Positions 54,040-64,000 of a stretch of DNA of 64,000 nt are shown here, in pieces. Position 1 is the first letter of the stretch. Each line of letters opens with the position of its first letter. Both the position numbers and the translations under genes were made by a program. Source of the stretch: Haliotis rufescens (Eukaryota); assembly GCF_023055435.1 (NCBI RefSeq), contig NW_025963891.1:3100001-3164000 (forward strand), given 5' to 3'. A model generated the notes under the pieces. It worked only from the letters and a program-made list of their open reading frames with translations, did not search any database and was not told the origin of the DNA.

Positions 54040-54234
54040 TTATGGGATGATACACAGTATACTGAATCTGAGCCTACCATTCCTTGTTTTAGGCTCTTAA
54101 TATCGAGCGCCAGGCTGGGTAACAACAAGTACAATCTTTTATCGTCTCTCTTTATGACATGACCGGGGATCCGGCGAAACCCCGACCCTTCGGTCTCCGG
54201 GCGGACGTTCTATCACTAGACCACGGAGACGGTC
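54040..54234 (-). mobile_element. tRNA-derived V-SINE (RUDI-like), family D
   Basis: Minus strand gaccgtctccgtggtctagtgatagaacgtccgcc...gatccccggtc..gacgataaaagattgtacttgttg...cctggcgctc..attaag resembles the molluscan V-SINE layout (from memory). Confidence 0.65.
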
Positions 54235-54349
54235 TGATGACGTATATACATTCGAGAACATGCGAATAAAAGCGACAAAACTTTCCATAATCATAAGAAA
54301 TGTCTGCTTAACGATTCCTATCATATGTATTTATCAGTTATCAAATAGT

Positions 54350-54668
54350 GATGATACTAGATGGTGAGCATATCCTTCCCCAACGATGGAAACCGTTACA
54401 AACACATGCAAAGGCAAGTCGGTTGTTGACCTAAAAAAACTACGGGAACGTATGGTATAAGTCAAAATAGGGAAATGCATCCGACACTATTTTTGTCACT
54501 GATGCGTCAAAAGTGGAAATGTTCTCCATATGTATATCATAAAAAAGGGTTTGAAAGTTTTACTAAGGCATTCAATGTTGTAGTCTTGATCAAACAATTT
54601 TTTAGCAAGATTTGTAGAGATGAAACCTTGTGAAATGTGGACATCAAATGCTGGAGGCGATAGAGTAT
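54350..54668 (-). mobile_element. Penelope-like RT C-terminal fragment plus partial terminal core
   Basis: SPPAFDVHISQ..LAKKLFDQDYNIECLSKTFK is homologous to 22400-22570. Confidence 0.75.
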
Positions 54669-56279
54669 GTCTCGGCAATGATATACTAGTTATGGCATAC
54701 CCACCATGGCAGTCATACAATGAGGACCATCAGGTAATATACACTCAAGTGATGAGATACATGTAACGAAATACAAGTGATGCCATATAACTGGTGACAT
54801 ACAAATAATGGAATAGTAGTGGTGACATACAATTGATCTAGTATCAGTGATGATATACCAGTGATAGCGTATACATGTAAGTGATGATATGTAAGTGGTG
54901 ACATAGAGGAGTTGTTCGAAAGTGATGAGAAACTAGTATTGGCTAGTAACGGAGGATATACATGTGATGCAATACAAGAGATGCAATATCATTGGTGGCA
55001 TAAAATTGATGGTATGTAGTGATGAATGTGACATCATAAAGTGACCGTATGTTCATGATCATATACAACTTACGGAATATAAAGTATGATATACAAGTGA
55101 AAGTAATGATATACAAGGTATAGTATGTTCATAATGATATATAAGTTATAGCATGTAAGTGATGTGCAACATGGTGATTGATCTTCATGTCCCGGAAATA
55201 TTTGTCATCACTATGTTGCCTTTTACGCCCAATGGAATTCGCTTCGGCAGATAAGCGAGACTGATTACTCTCTGGTGTTGACGTTTCGAACACGTAATTG
55301 CCCTTTATTCTAAGTTATGCGTAATCTGCATATGGAATGTATTACCTCGTCACTCTTCGCCACTGGTAATCTTTGATAAATCTATTTAGAGCTGTAAATT
55401 ATATTGCTTCCTGTATTTTCTTACCATCGAATATTTTCGTGTCAATTCATTTCTTGTACCAGTAAAGTTGAAAGAAACTTCACATGGCGGAACAAATTAA
55501 TACAGAGCCACATACATGTATACATAAACATGTGTTAAGTAAGAAGTGGGGTGATATACTTGCCTTCCCTAGAGAACATATGACGCATAAAGTTAATGTA
55601 CCGACTGACTGACTGGATGTAGATAGCAGATGTGACCAACATGCTTCACTGTTGCGGGTTCTTCACTCCCGCGTCAACTCATAGTCATTTAGATCATAAA
55701 CCACCAAACATAACACTGTTATAACTTTTGCATTTGATGGTTATATTTTTTTGGACAGACTGGTGGATGCATTTTGCATGCATAAACTACCAAAACATAA
55801 CACTGTTTTAACATATATTGTGATGGCTATATGTTTTTAGGTAGGCTGGCGGATGTATTAACATATGAAAAAATACCAAAACATAAAAACGTTACGTGAT
55901 TGTTATACCTCTAAATATACTTGGGATGCTCTTTACAAGCTTGGGCATGATTCTGAAAACATAGACGCGTTTCTAACTTCTTTCAAATAGGAACACGCAC
56001 TGAGACACATCAAACCCTTTGGAGTTTAACATCCTCGTCTGAGAGCAGCATTTATGGGCCTTAAGATATTCATATTCAGATCTCTGTTGCAAGAAAGGGA
56101 ACAGAGTACAAACAATCCCATAAACCAGGCAATCAATATTAAAATCAACATTAAGAGGCGGCAGGCGCATATCATACAATTCATTGAACACGAGAGACGA
56201 TTTTTATCATTTTCGATTCTGGATGACATTGAAAGATAACGCAATGTACTCATGTCATTGGTTGTCATTTAGGCTTTTA

Positions 56280-57300
56280 TTGATAATCGGAGTAATATAT
56301 TCACTTCGTTGATCGTTTTGCGTCGGACATACAAATATGAAGTAAGACTTCTTCGATTGCATAATCTGTGCATCCTATGATTGTCCCCAAATCGCCCTGT
56401 TTCAATAAGGAGCTTGTGAGGAATTTGTCTAATCCTGATAGTGAGCCACGACATTTTACACGTATTTATGGTGGTATAAAGTCCGTTGTATTTATGTGGT
56501 ATAAGGTCCATGGTATTTATGTGGTGTAAGGTCCATGTTATTTTTGTGGTATAAGGTCCGTTGTGTTTATATGGGATAAGGTCCGTTGTATTTTGGTGGT
56601 ATAAGGTCCGTGGTATTTTTGTGGTATAATGTCCGTTGTGTTTATGTGGTACAAAGTCCGTTGTATCTATGGTGGTACAAAGTCCGTTTTATCTATGTGG
56701 TATAAGGTCCGTTGTGTTTATGTGGTACAAAGTCCGTTGTATTTATGTGGCATAAGGTCCGTTGTGTTTATCTGGTAAAAAGTCCGTTGTATCTATGGTG
56801 GTACAAAGTCCGTTTTATTTATGTGGTACAAAGTCCGTTGTATTCATGTGGTACAAAGTCCGTTGTATTTATGTGGTATAAGGTCCGTTGTATTTATGTG
56901 GTGTAAGGTCCGTTGTGTTTATGTGGTACATAGTCCATTGTATTTATGGTGGTATAATGTCCGTTGTATTTTTGTGGTATAAGGTCCGTGGTATTTATGG
57001 TGGTATGAGGTATGTACTAAATGTAAGGTTTTAATCAACTCCGATGAAGCATTTTGTTGACAATTCTACCATATCCTTGATGAATCTTTGTGATACTGAT
57101 GAATTATAGCAATATTCACAATGTGTCTTGTCCATGTTTGGAGTTTGACATGATGAGACAAGATGCGTTTACTTTGTTTCCATACCACAACATCAGTTAT
57201 GACGTTTCTTTCACAACCTGACACAGGCTTCCATATATTTCACTTTAAGACTTTGGAACACTTATATTAGACTGTAATGTGATCTTAGTTAACCTACACT
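56280..57300 (-). mobile_element. LINE (CR1/L2/Crack-like) 3' fragment interrupted by a minisatellite
   Basis: IRQIPHKLLIETGRF..R.HRLC (cf. RLSSH.L.IETGR..R..RLC) at 56360-56440; weaker LINE-like sequence continues at 57012-57300. Confidence 0.65.
56465..57010. repeat. Minisatellite, about 25-bp unit
   Basis: gtggtataaggtccgttgtatttat repeated. Confidence 0.95.
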
Positions 57301-57439
57301 GCAGACAGCAGTGACACGAACGTTCACTGTCAACCGTTCCCTTTACGACTTGAAGTGACTGAAACAGGAAGAGCCGGGTGTCCAACTGTAGTGAATTTGA
57401 CATAATCAGTGGTGGGCTATACACAAATTCCAGTGGCTG

Positions 57440-58140
57440 TCCTTTACTCAGAATGTTAAGGGATGTCATATTATAACTATATATACTAGTGTCAGTGACC
57501 GTCCGGCCTTTACTCAAAGTGATGAGAGATGACATATTATAACTATATATACTAGTGTCAGTGTCCGTCCGGCCTTTACTCAAAGTGATGAGAGATGACA
57601 TATTATGACTCTATATATATAGTGTCAGTGACCGTCCGGCCTTTACTCAAAGTGATGAGAGATGACATATTATAACTATATATACTAGTGTCAGTGTCCG
57701 TCCGGCCTTTACTCAAAGTGATGAGAGATGACATATTATGACTCTATATATATAGTGTCAGTGACCGTCCGGCCTTTACTAAAAGTGATGTGAGATGACA
57801 TATTATAACTATATATAACAGTGTCAGTGACGGTCCTTTACTCAAAGTGATAATACATTACATATTATAACTATATATACCAGTGTCACTGACCGTCCTT
57901 CAGAGCGTTGAGAGATGACATATTATGACTATATATATCATTGTCAGTGTCTGTCCTTTACTCCGAATGTTGAGAGATGACATATTATGACTATATATAC
58001 CAATGTCAGTGTCCGCCCTTTACTCAAGGTGTTGAGACATGACATGTTATAACTATATATACCAGTGCCAGTGACCGTCCTTTACTCCGAATGTTGAGCG
58101 GTGACGTAATAATGCCACATATAGATCAGTGATGGTCCTT
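57440..58140. repeat. Minisatellite, 62-66-bp unit, ending at the exon 3 acceptor
   Basis: cctttactcaaagtgatgagagatgacatattataactatatatactagtgtcagtgaccgtccgg. Confidence 0.93.
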
Positions 58141-58148
58141 GGTTCCAG

Positions 58149-58258
58149 TGGTGGAAAGATGAGCAGGCAACGTGGAACATGACCGAATATGGCGGCGTCG
58201 ACAAGGTGCGCATACCCTGGAACAAAGTCTGGTTGCCAGACATCAAGCTGTACAACTA
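58149..58258 (+). CDS. nAChR coding exon 3 (WWKDEQATWNMTEYGGVDKVRIPWNKVWLPDIKLYN, loop A)
   Basis: 110-nt exon, acceptor ggttccag, donor gtaagt at 58259. WxD..W...YGG and WxPDIxLYN motifs. Not in the ORF track; found by manual translation. Confidence 0.96.
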
Positions 58259-58949
58259 GTAAGTCCCACCATGCAGCATCAAATGTAAGGGGTTATCTCC
58301 CTGGAATCTATCTACCCCCTTATTCCAGTTGATGAACTGGATCACAGGATAACCTTTTAGTGTACCATCATGAATATTTGTTTGGACAGATTAACCCCAT
58401 CGCCCTCACCCCAATCACCTCCTCGTGATTAATACGACATAGTCCCAAACATTGCTAAAGGGATTAATTCCTGTCACTGTCAGTTTGTGTCAGGCAAATG
58501 TAACTTCATGTAATCCAGTTAATTTAAAATATCTTATTGAAAAACTGTAAACCTTTTTTTATTGATAATGTCATAATATGATGCAGTTACAATACAAGGG
58601 CATTCATCTTACTTTGAAATGCAAAATGGTAACGTGCATACGCTTGAATCTCTGTCACTTATTACATTATATTTAAGTGAATGGCTGTATCTGTGTTACA
58701 CGGAAGCAAATCACCCTTACACTGTGCAGACGTCCTGGTTAGAGTCTAACAAGAACCCCAGACATGCTCAGGAGGGGGAGGGATTAGTAGGTTTCGCCAT
58801 TCCACCTGAATTACTGCTGATGTTTCTTATTCTCAGTGTGTGACAGGCATTTTTCTGTTGCAAGAATTCTCTACCGTAAAGGTCGCATATCTTACAGGCA
58901 GGGAGTAAGGCAGGGTTAACGCTTAATATTGCTTATGAATCTTCAGTCT

Positions 58950-59315
58950 ACCAATCCATCCACCCTATCACCGACTCATACATCCATCCACCAATCCACC
59001 CAACCTACCTACCACCCATCCATCCATTTATCCTCCGTCCACCCATCCATAATCCAACATCCAAATATCCATCAATTCACCCCCATCGATAAATCCATCC
59101 TCATCATCAGGAAATCCATCCTCATCATCAAGAATCCATCCCTCATCCATCCATCCCTCATTCATCCATCCCTCATCCATCCAACTTACCTACCACCCAT
59201 CCAGTCATCCATTTATCCTCTGTCCACCCATCCATCATCCAAATATCCATCCATCCACCCTCCCATCCATCACTCCACCCCTCATCCATCCATCCTGCCA
59301 CCCACTCATCCATCA
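58950..59315. repeat. (CCAT)n-derived low-complexity intronic tract
   Basis: Direct inspection; it accounts for the spurious N-terminal half of ORF 58929-59825. Confidence 0.9.
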
Positions 59316-59362
59316 ATGTACACATGTGTATATCTGACTATCTGCATTGTTCTTGCATCTAG

Positions 59363-59817
59363 CGCTGACTACCGCCTGCAAGAACAGCGGACGGTGTTGT
59401 GTGTGTTCCACCATGATGGCCGAGTTCAGTGGATGCCCCAGGCTGTGTACCGCAGCTCTTGTCAGATCGACGTTACGACCTTTCCATTTGATGTTCAGTC
59501 GTGTATTTTGAAATTCGGATCCTGGACCTATGACGGTAACAAGCTTGAAGTTCATTTCAACGAAGATAAAGACTATATAGATCTTACAGAGTACGTGACC
59601 AGCAACGCCTGGACCATCATTGACGTCCCTGCGAAACGCAACGTCAAGTTCTACAGCTGCTGCCCTGAGCCCTACGTGGACCTGACCTTCACCTTGATCT
59701 TCCAGAGACGAGCCACCCTGTATAACTACATCCTGATTCTGCCGTGTGTCCTTCTCACCTCCATCACCCTCATCCTCTTCTGGATTCCCCCGGAATCACC
59801 CGCAAAGATGATGTTAG
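59363..59817 (+). CDS. nAChR coding exon 4 (loop E, Cys-loop, loop B, loop C YSCC, M1, PESPAK linker, start of M2)
   Basis: Acceptor ttcttgcatctag, TA+C=Tyr joins exon 3. Contains CQIDVTTFPFDVQSC, FGSWTYDG, FYSCCPEPY and M1 LYNYILILPCVLLTSITLILFWIP. Donor G|gtgtgt at 59818. Confidence 0.97.
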
Positions 59818-60006
59818 GTGTGTAAACCAATTTTCTCTCCAATATGGGGGATACGAATGAAATATAGTATGTATGAAGCAACTGCATTCCATAAATGTCA
59901 GTTAAATAACCAGTTTTCATATTTAGCGGCCATCATTCAGCTACAATCCTTCAACTCCTGTGTTCTCCAAGTCAAGCTTACCCACGCCTGAATAAACTTG
60001 TCTGTT

Positions 60007-60149
60007 GAGTGAGTGAGTGAGTATGGTTTTACGCCGCTCTTTGCAATATTCCAGCAATGAGCTTCACCCGTTGTACACACGTGGGGAATTAAAACCGGGT
60101 CTTTGGCGTGACGAGCGAACGCTTTTATCTCTAGGCTACCTCACCGCCC
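60007..60149 (-). mobile_element. tRNA-derived SINE, family A, in nAChR intron
   Basis: (GAGT)n tail, ttttacgccgct..caatattccagcaat, head reverse complement. Confidence 0.85.
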
Positions 60150-60677
60150 TAGTATCTGTTGACTATCTGAAGCTTTCTGTAGATTTTCCAGTGTTCCTTT
60201 CTACATGTACGCCAATATATTTTTTGCAAATATACCAAGGATATTTGAATAGATGAGGAATTTCAAACAATGCAAATGTGATTTCTCGGCTTATATGTTA
60301 TTTGGAACAACATTTCATTTTGTTAATGCGCAACTTTAGTGACAACTCGATGTGTGAAGGCGTGTTCTTCTGCGGAATCAGATGTGCGGAATCAGAACCA
60401 ACCTGGGGCAGTCTCCGTTATGTTTGGAAATCACAACACTTAAGATAACACATGCGGCGACATTAAGTTACACCTGCAGCAACTGTAGACATTAACACGT
60501 AATTTTCAGCAACTGCAGACCACCATATGTGGACCCAAGCTGCAGCAACGGTAGACGTTCTAGGCCAATCTGGAGTAATTGTAGACATTTAAAGGCAAAT
60601 TTAGCAACTTTGGAATGAGCAATGCACACCCAATCTGCAGCAACTTTAGACGTGTGAGGTCAAAACAATCTGCAGAA

Positions 60678-60952
60678 GGGGGCACGGGTGGCAAAGTCGT
60701 CAAAGGCGCCACGATTCGCTGTGCAGAGTCCCTTGGGAATGCCAGAAACCTATGATTGTGGGTTCGAATCCCGGTTCGCCCTGACTATGTTTCTAGGTTT
60801 GTCAGCACCATACCCGTGGGTTTCACCGAAGAGGTAAACGTCTGAGACCTGCATCACTTCTGGCTTTCCTCCCACATTAAGCTGACATGCCGTGATATAA
60901 CTGGAATACTGTTAAAAGCGGCGTTAAACCCAACTCACTCACTCACTCACTC
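60678..60952 (+). mobile_element. tRNA-derived SINE, family B, full length, in nAChR intron
   Basis: Very similar to the 33379 copy. 12-bp TSD caatctgcagaa at 60666-60677 and 60952-60963. Inserted into a degenerate ~30-bp repeat (60470-61120). Confidence 0.93.
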
Positions 60953-61216
60953 AATCTGCAGAAACTGTAGACGTTAGAGGTCAATCTGAAGAAACTGTAA
61001 ACATTTGAGGTCAATCTGCAGAAACTGTACTTGTTAAAGGCCAATCTGCAGAAACTGTAGACGTTTACGTTCATTCTGCAGCCAGTAGACATTTAAGCTT
61101 AATTTGCGGCATCTGTAGGCGTATATTTTGATAGTTTGTTGTTTAACACCTCGCTTAGCAATATTAAAATATACATGATGGCCACCTGTAAATAATTGAA
61201 GGCTCGATCGTAGCAC

Positions 61217-61590
61217 CACCAGTGGCTATTACTCAGTTATGCCCCTTCTATGTCTCTCCTTTTGACCAATCACATTCCACCTCTTATATCACTTGCATTT
61301 CCTTCAAGACGATCCGATCGATAATCAAGATCTATATTGTAATAAAACGGGTCTTACCTCACACCTTGATGAAAAACATGAAAATATTTGCAAAATATCT
61401 GTCGACGCCCAGTGGGCGGTACACATGCTTTGCAAATCCTGCAGTCGACTGACAAACCGGATGTCTGGTTCGTTACGCGATATTGATTGGACTGTGCATA
61501 GTCTCGTTAGTTCAGCCAAAATCTAAGCCTAGTTCGGCAAGAGGGGAAACTAGACTTTTATAGTCAGTTAACGCCTTTGCCTCGTGAAGA
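61217..61590 (-). mobile_element. MITE, copy 3 (partial, inverted)
   Basis: Reverse complement of the 10570-10955 interior plus one TIR agtcagttaacgcctttgcctcgtgaaga. Confidence 0.82.
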
Positions 61591-62441
61591 AGCGCAGTCA
61601 GCGGCAACTCGTGACGTGTAGACCTAGTGTTTGACAAATGCTGACATTTTACGGCGATCTGGGGCAAGTTTGCTGCAAACATGAACTTTTAAAGCTCAAT
61701 CCGAGTTTGAGTTCGACCCAGTTTGCGAAATACGGAAACTATTAATATTGCACAATTGAAATATAGTTTTGTGACTTGGCAATGGGAATATGCCTTTAAG
61801 GTTCTGCTCTTTTTGTAAAGAGGCAGTCTCCAGGTCGACTCATTTAGAGCAGATTGTGAAGGTAAAGGGGGGTAATTGGATTAGCTAAATAGAGTAGTCT
61901 ACTCCTGATAATAACATCTGCATCCAAAAGAAGTTGAGGTGTGATCCGGGCTTTGGTGAGGGAAGAACTAGTGATTAGTTTTGTTCTATATGAAAAAATG
62001 AACCACAGCGGAAGATGAAACACAATCACTTCAATCCTTTTGCTTGAGACGATGCAAGCCGGATCTAATCAATTTAGTATTGAGTATCCATACCAATTGT
62101 ACAACAATAGCAATTTTCAGATTGTGTTTTTGTGAATGTCAGTCAGGTACGTTCGAGGTATTTTGGGCGATGTATTTTTAGCGAATCTGACTTAACGTCA
62201 AGTTCACTTTGACTTGGTGGTCCCGTCATGCGTCGTAAACATTTCCTTCTTTTTAATCGTTATGGTGTCACGCTATTGTTTTTGCAGTTGATCATGAGCT
62301 AGAAATTAACTGGCAATTCTGAATGTGCATTTTGTGAAAGTAAAACTGTCGCTACTATATGTCATTTTGCATGGTTATGGAAAACTCGCCCCTTCATAGC
62401 CCCTTGATTCTACTTACGGAAACAACATAATTTCTCTATTC

Positions 62442-62537
62442 CGAAATCATGAAAATATGTTGAGTCCTGAAACAGAATCAACTTGATCATTCGGCGTCGT
62501 TATTTCTAGTTCGGAAATCAAGATACTCATGATTTCG
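62442..62537. repeat. Imperfect palindrome (about 40-bp arms) upstream of the M2 exon
   Basis: cgaaatcatgaaaatatgttga...tcaagatactcatgatttcg, with inner arms also pairing. Confidence 0.65.
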
Positions 62538-62844
62538 CCATTGCCATTATCACCGCATCAATGAAATCGAAACTTCACAAGCATGTTCCCACCAATGACA
62601 CCCCCCAATGTTTCATTGGTTCGAATCCGACTTTCTGTATACCACTATAACAGCCGAGGTGCATACCTGGCTCTGAAAGGTCCTTATCATCCGTATATAT
62701 GCAGAAAGATTTACATATCGACGGTGTCAACTTTACACTGTTGACTACATTCCCAGGTGAGCTACAGTGCCTTGGCACTTTTTCTTAAGCATGTCACGTA
62801 GTATATATTTGTTTTAATCTTTATGTGTTATGCTTCATTTTCAG

Positions 62845-62931
62845 GTTTAACTATCTTCATTGCCTTCTTCATTCTGCTGAAAATCTTGGAGAAGAACCTT
62901 CCACCCGGCACATCCAGCATGCCCTTGATAG
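62845..62931 (+). CDS. nAChR coding exon 5 (M2 and M2-M3 loop: GLTIFIAFFILLKILEKNLPPGTSSMPLIG); gene continues beyond the window
   Basis: 87-nt phase 1-1 exon, acceptor gcttcattttcag, donor gtgacg at 62932. Ends in the conserved P..S..PLIG M2-M3 motif. Confidence 0.93.
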
Positions 62932-63529
62932 GTGACGTATTGACACGAATTTCCAACGTGTCTGCGATGACCGGAAATGCAATTGAATAGATTTGATTTA
63001 TTATCAGTTACCTGTATTTTATACGTTGATTACAACTATAACATTAGGATGTTGCGATTGCAAATGTCTGTATATGAACATTTACCATAAGCACCACCAA
63101 CTAAAACAGGACACCAGATGAGAGAGAAACCATCGTTGTCAAATGCGTAGGAGCAGTTATATTTCCGTTAGCTCCTCACAGCAGTGTCTCGTCGACATTA
63201 AGCGCGAAGCGAGTGTGTCCCGCGCTGGGATGGAAATTGGTATTTCAACCGATATTAGCAAACTCCCGATGTAGTTTGATGTGTAGAAGCCGATTCCTAA
63301 TTAGCATTACAATAATCAGACGGATCTATATTTAGCTGGTTTCGCACAAAATATCATCGCACAGAGCACGGTAATTTTGTACTTCGTTATTAGCTTCAGA
63401 TGATCAGCTTTAAATATCTTTCAACTTTGTTATTGATTTTTGTCATATTGTGAAAGGGCACTTGTATAAGAAAAAGTATGGAAGAACAGAAACGTGTCTT
63501 AGTGATATGACAAATGGTACGTGGTGGAA

Positions 63530-64000
63530 TACAGGAGGAGTATAAGTGTAGGAGTACAGGATTTGGTAGTGTAGGAGTTCACGATTTGGTAGTGTAGGAG
63601 TACAGGATATGGTAGTGTAGGAGTACAGGATTTGGTAGTGTAGGAGTACAATAATTGGTAGTGTAGGAGTACAGAATTTGGTAGTGTAGGAGTACAGGAT
63701 TTGGTAGTGTAGGAGTACAGGATTTGGTAGTGTAGGAGTACAGGATTTGGCAGTGTAGGAGTACAGGATTTGGTAGTGTAGGAGTACAATAATTGGTAGT
63801 GTAGGAGTACAGGATGTGGTAGTGTAGGAGTACAGGATGTGTTAGTGTAGGAGTAAAGGGTGTGGTAGTGTAGGAGTAGAGGATGTGTTTGTGTAGGAGA
63901 TACAGGGTGTGTTTGTGTATGAGTACAGGATGTGTTTGTTGAGGAGGACAGGATGAGTTTGTGGAGGAGTACAGGATGTGTTGGTGTAGGAGTAAAGGGT
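63530..64000. repeat. Minisatellite, 23-bp unit, running off the window
   Basis: gtagtgtaggagtacaggatttg repeated. Confidence 0.95.

Noticed and set aside
55265-55320. Minus-strand hammerhead-like GAAACGTC with a stem; also CTGATGAG at 40833
   Set aside because: The first lacks the CUGANGA core and stem I pairing; the second lacks GAAA.
58929-59362. N-terminal His/Pro/Ser-rich half of the 298-aa ORF
   Set aside because: It translates an intronic (CCAT)n tract; receptor homology starts at the acceptor at 59362.
59818-62844. Alternative (mutually exclusive) M2 exon
   Set aside because: I saw no second 87-nt hydrophobic exon on manual reading.

Overview
AT-rich, repeat-dense animal genomic DNA with spliceosomal GT-AG introns. 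The SINE and Penelope-like repeat content points to a gastropod mollusc, probably abalone-like (inference). The only protein-coding gene I can support is the 5' part of a + strand Cys-loop receptor: five coding exons (49923-49977, 52214-52428, 58149-58258, 59363-59817, 62845-62931) splice in frame to about 307 aa, and the gene runs off the right edge before M3. It has alpha-type nicotinic ligand-binding loops (Y-x-C-C, WTYD, C-x13-C). Its M1-M2 linker is PESPAK instead of GEK, the signature of lophotrochozoan anion-selective acetylcholine receptors, and its M2 helix is unusually charged (K16', E19', K20', I9'). A candidate promoter and non-coding first exon lie at about 41.6-42.05 kb, and a candidate first exon of a divergent minus-strand gene lies at about 5.47-5.75 kb. 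The rest is decayed mobile DNA (two Tc1, one mariner, one MULE, LINE and Penelope-like RT fragments, four SINE-like families, several MITEs/palindromes) plus about 15 minisatellite arrays. Almost all ORFs in the supplied track are repeat artefacts. I found no CRISPR array and no prokaryotic system.
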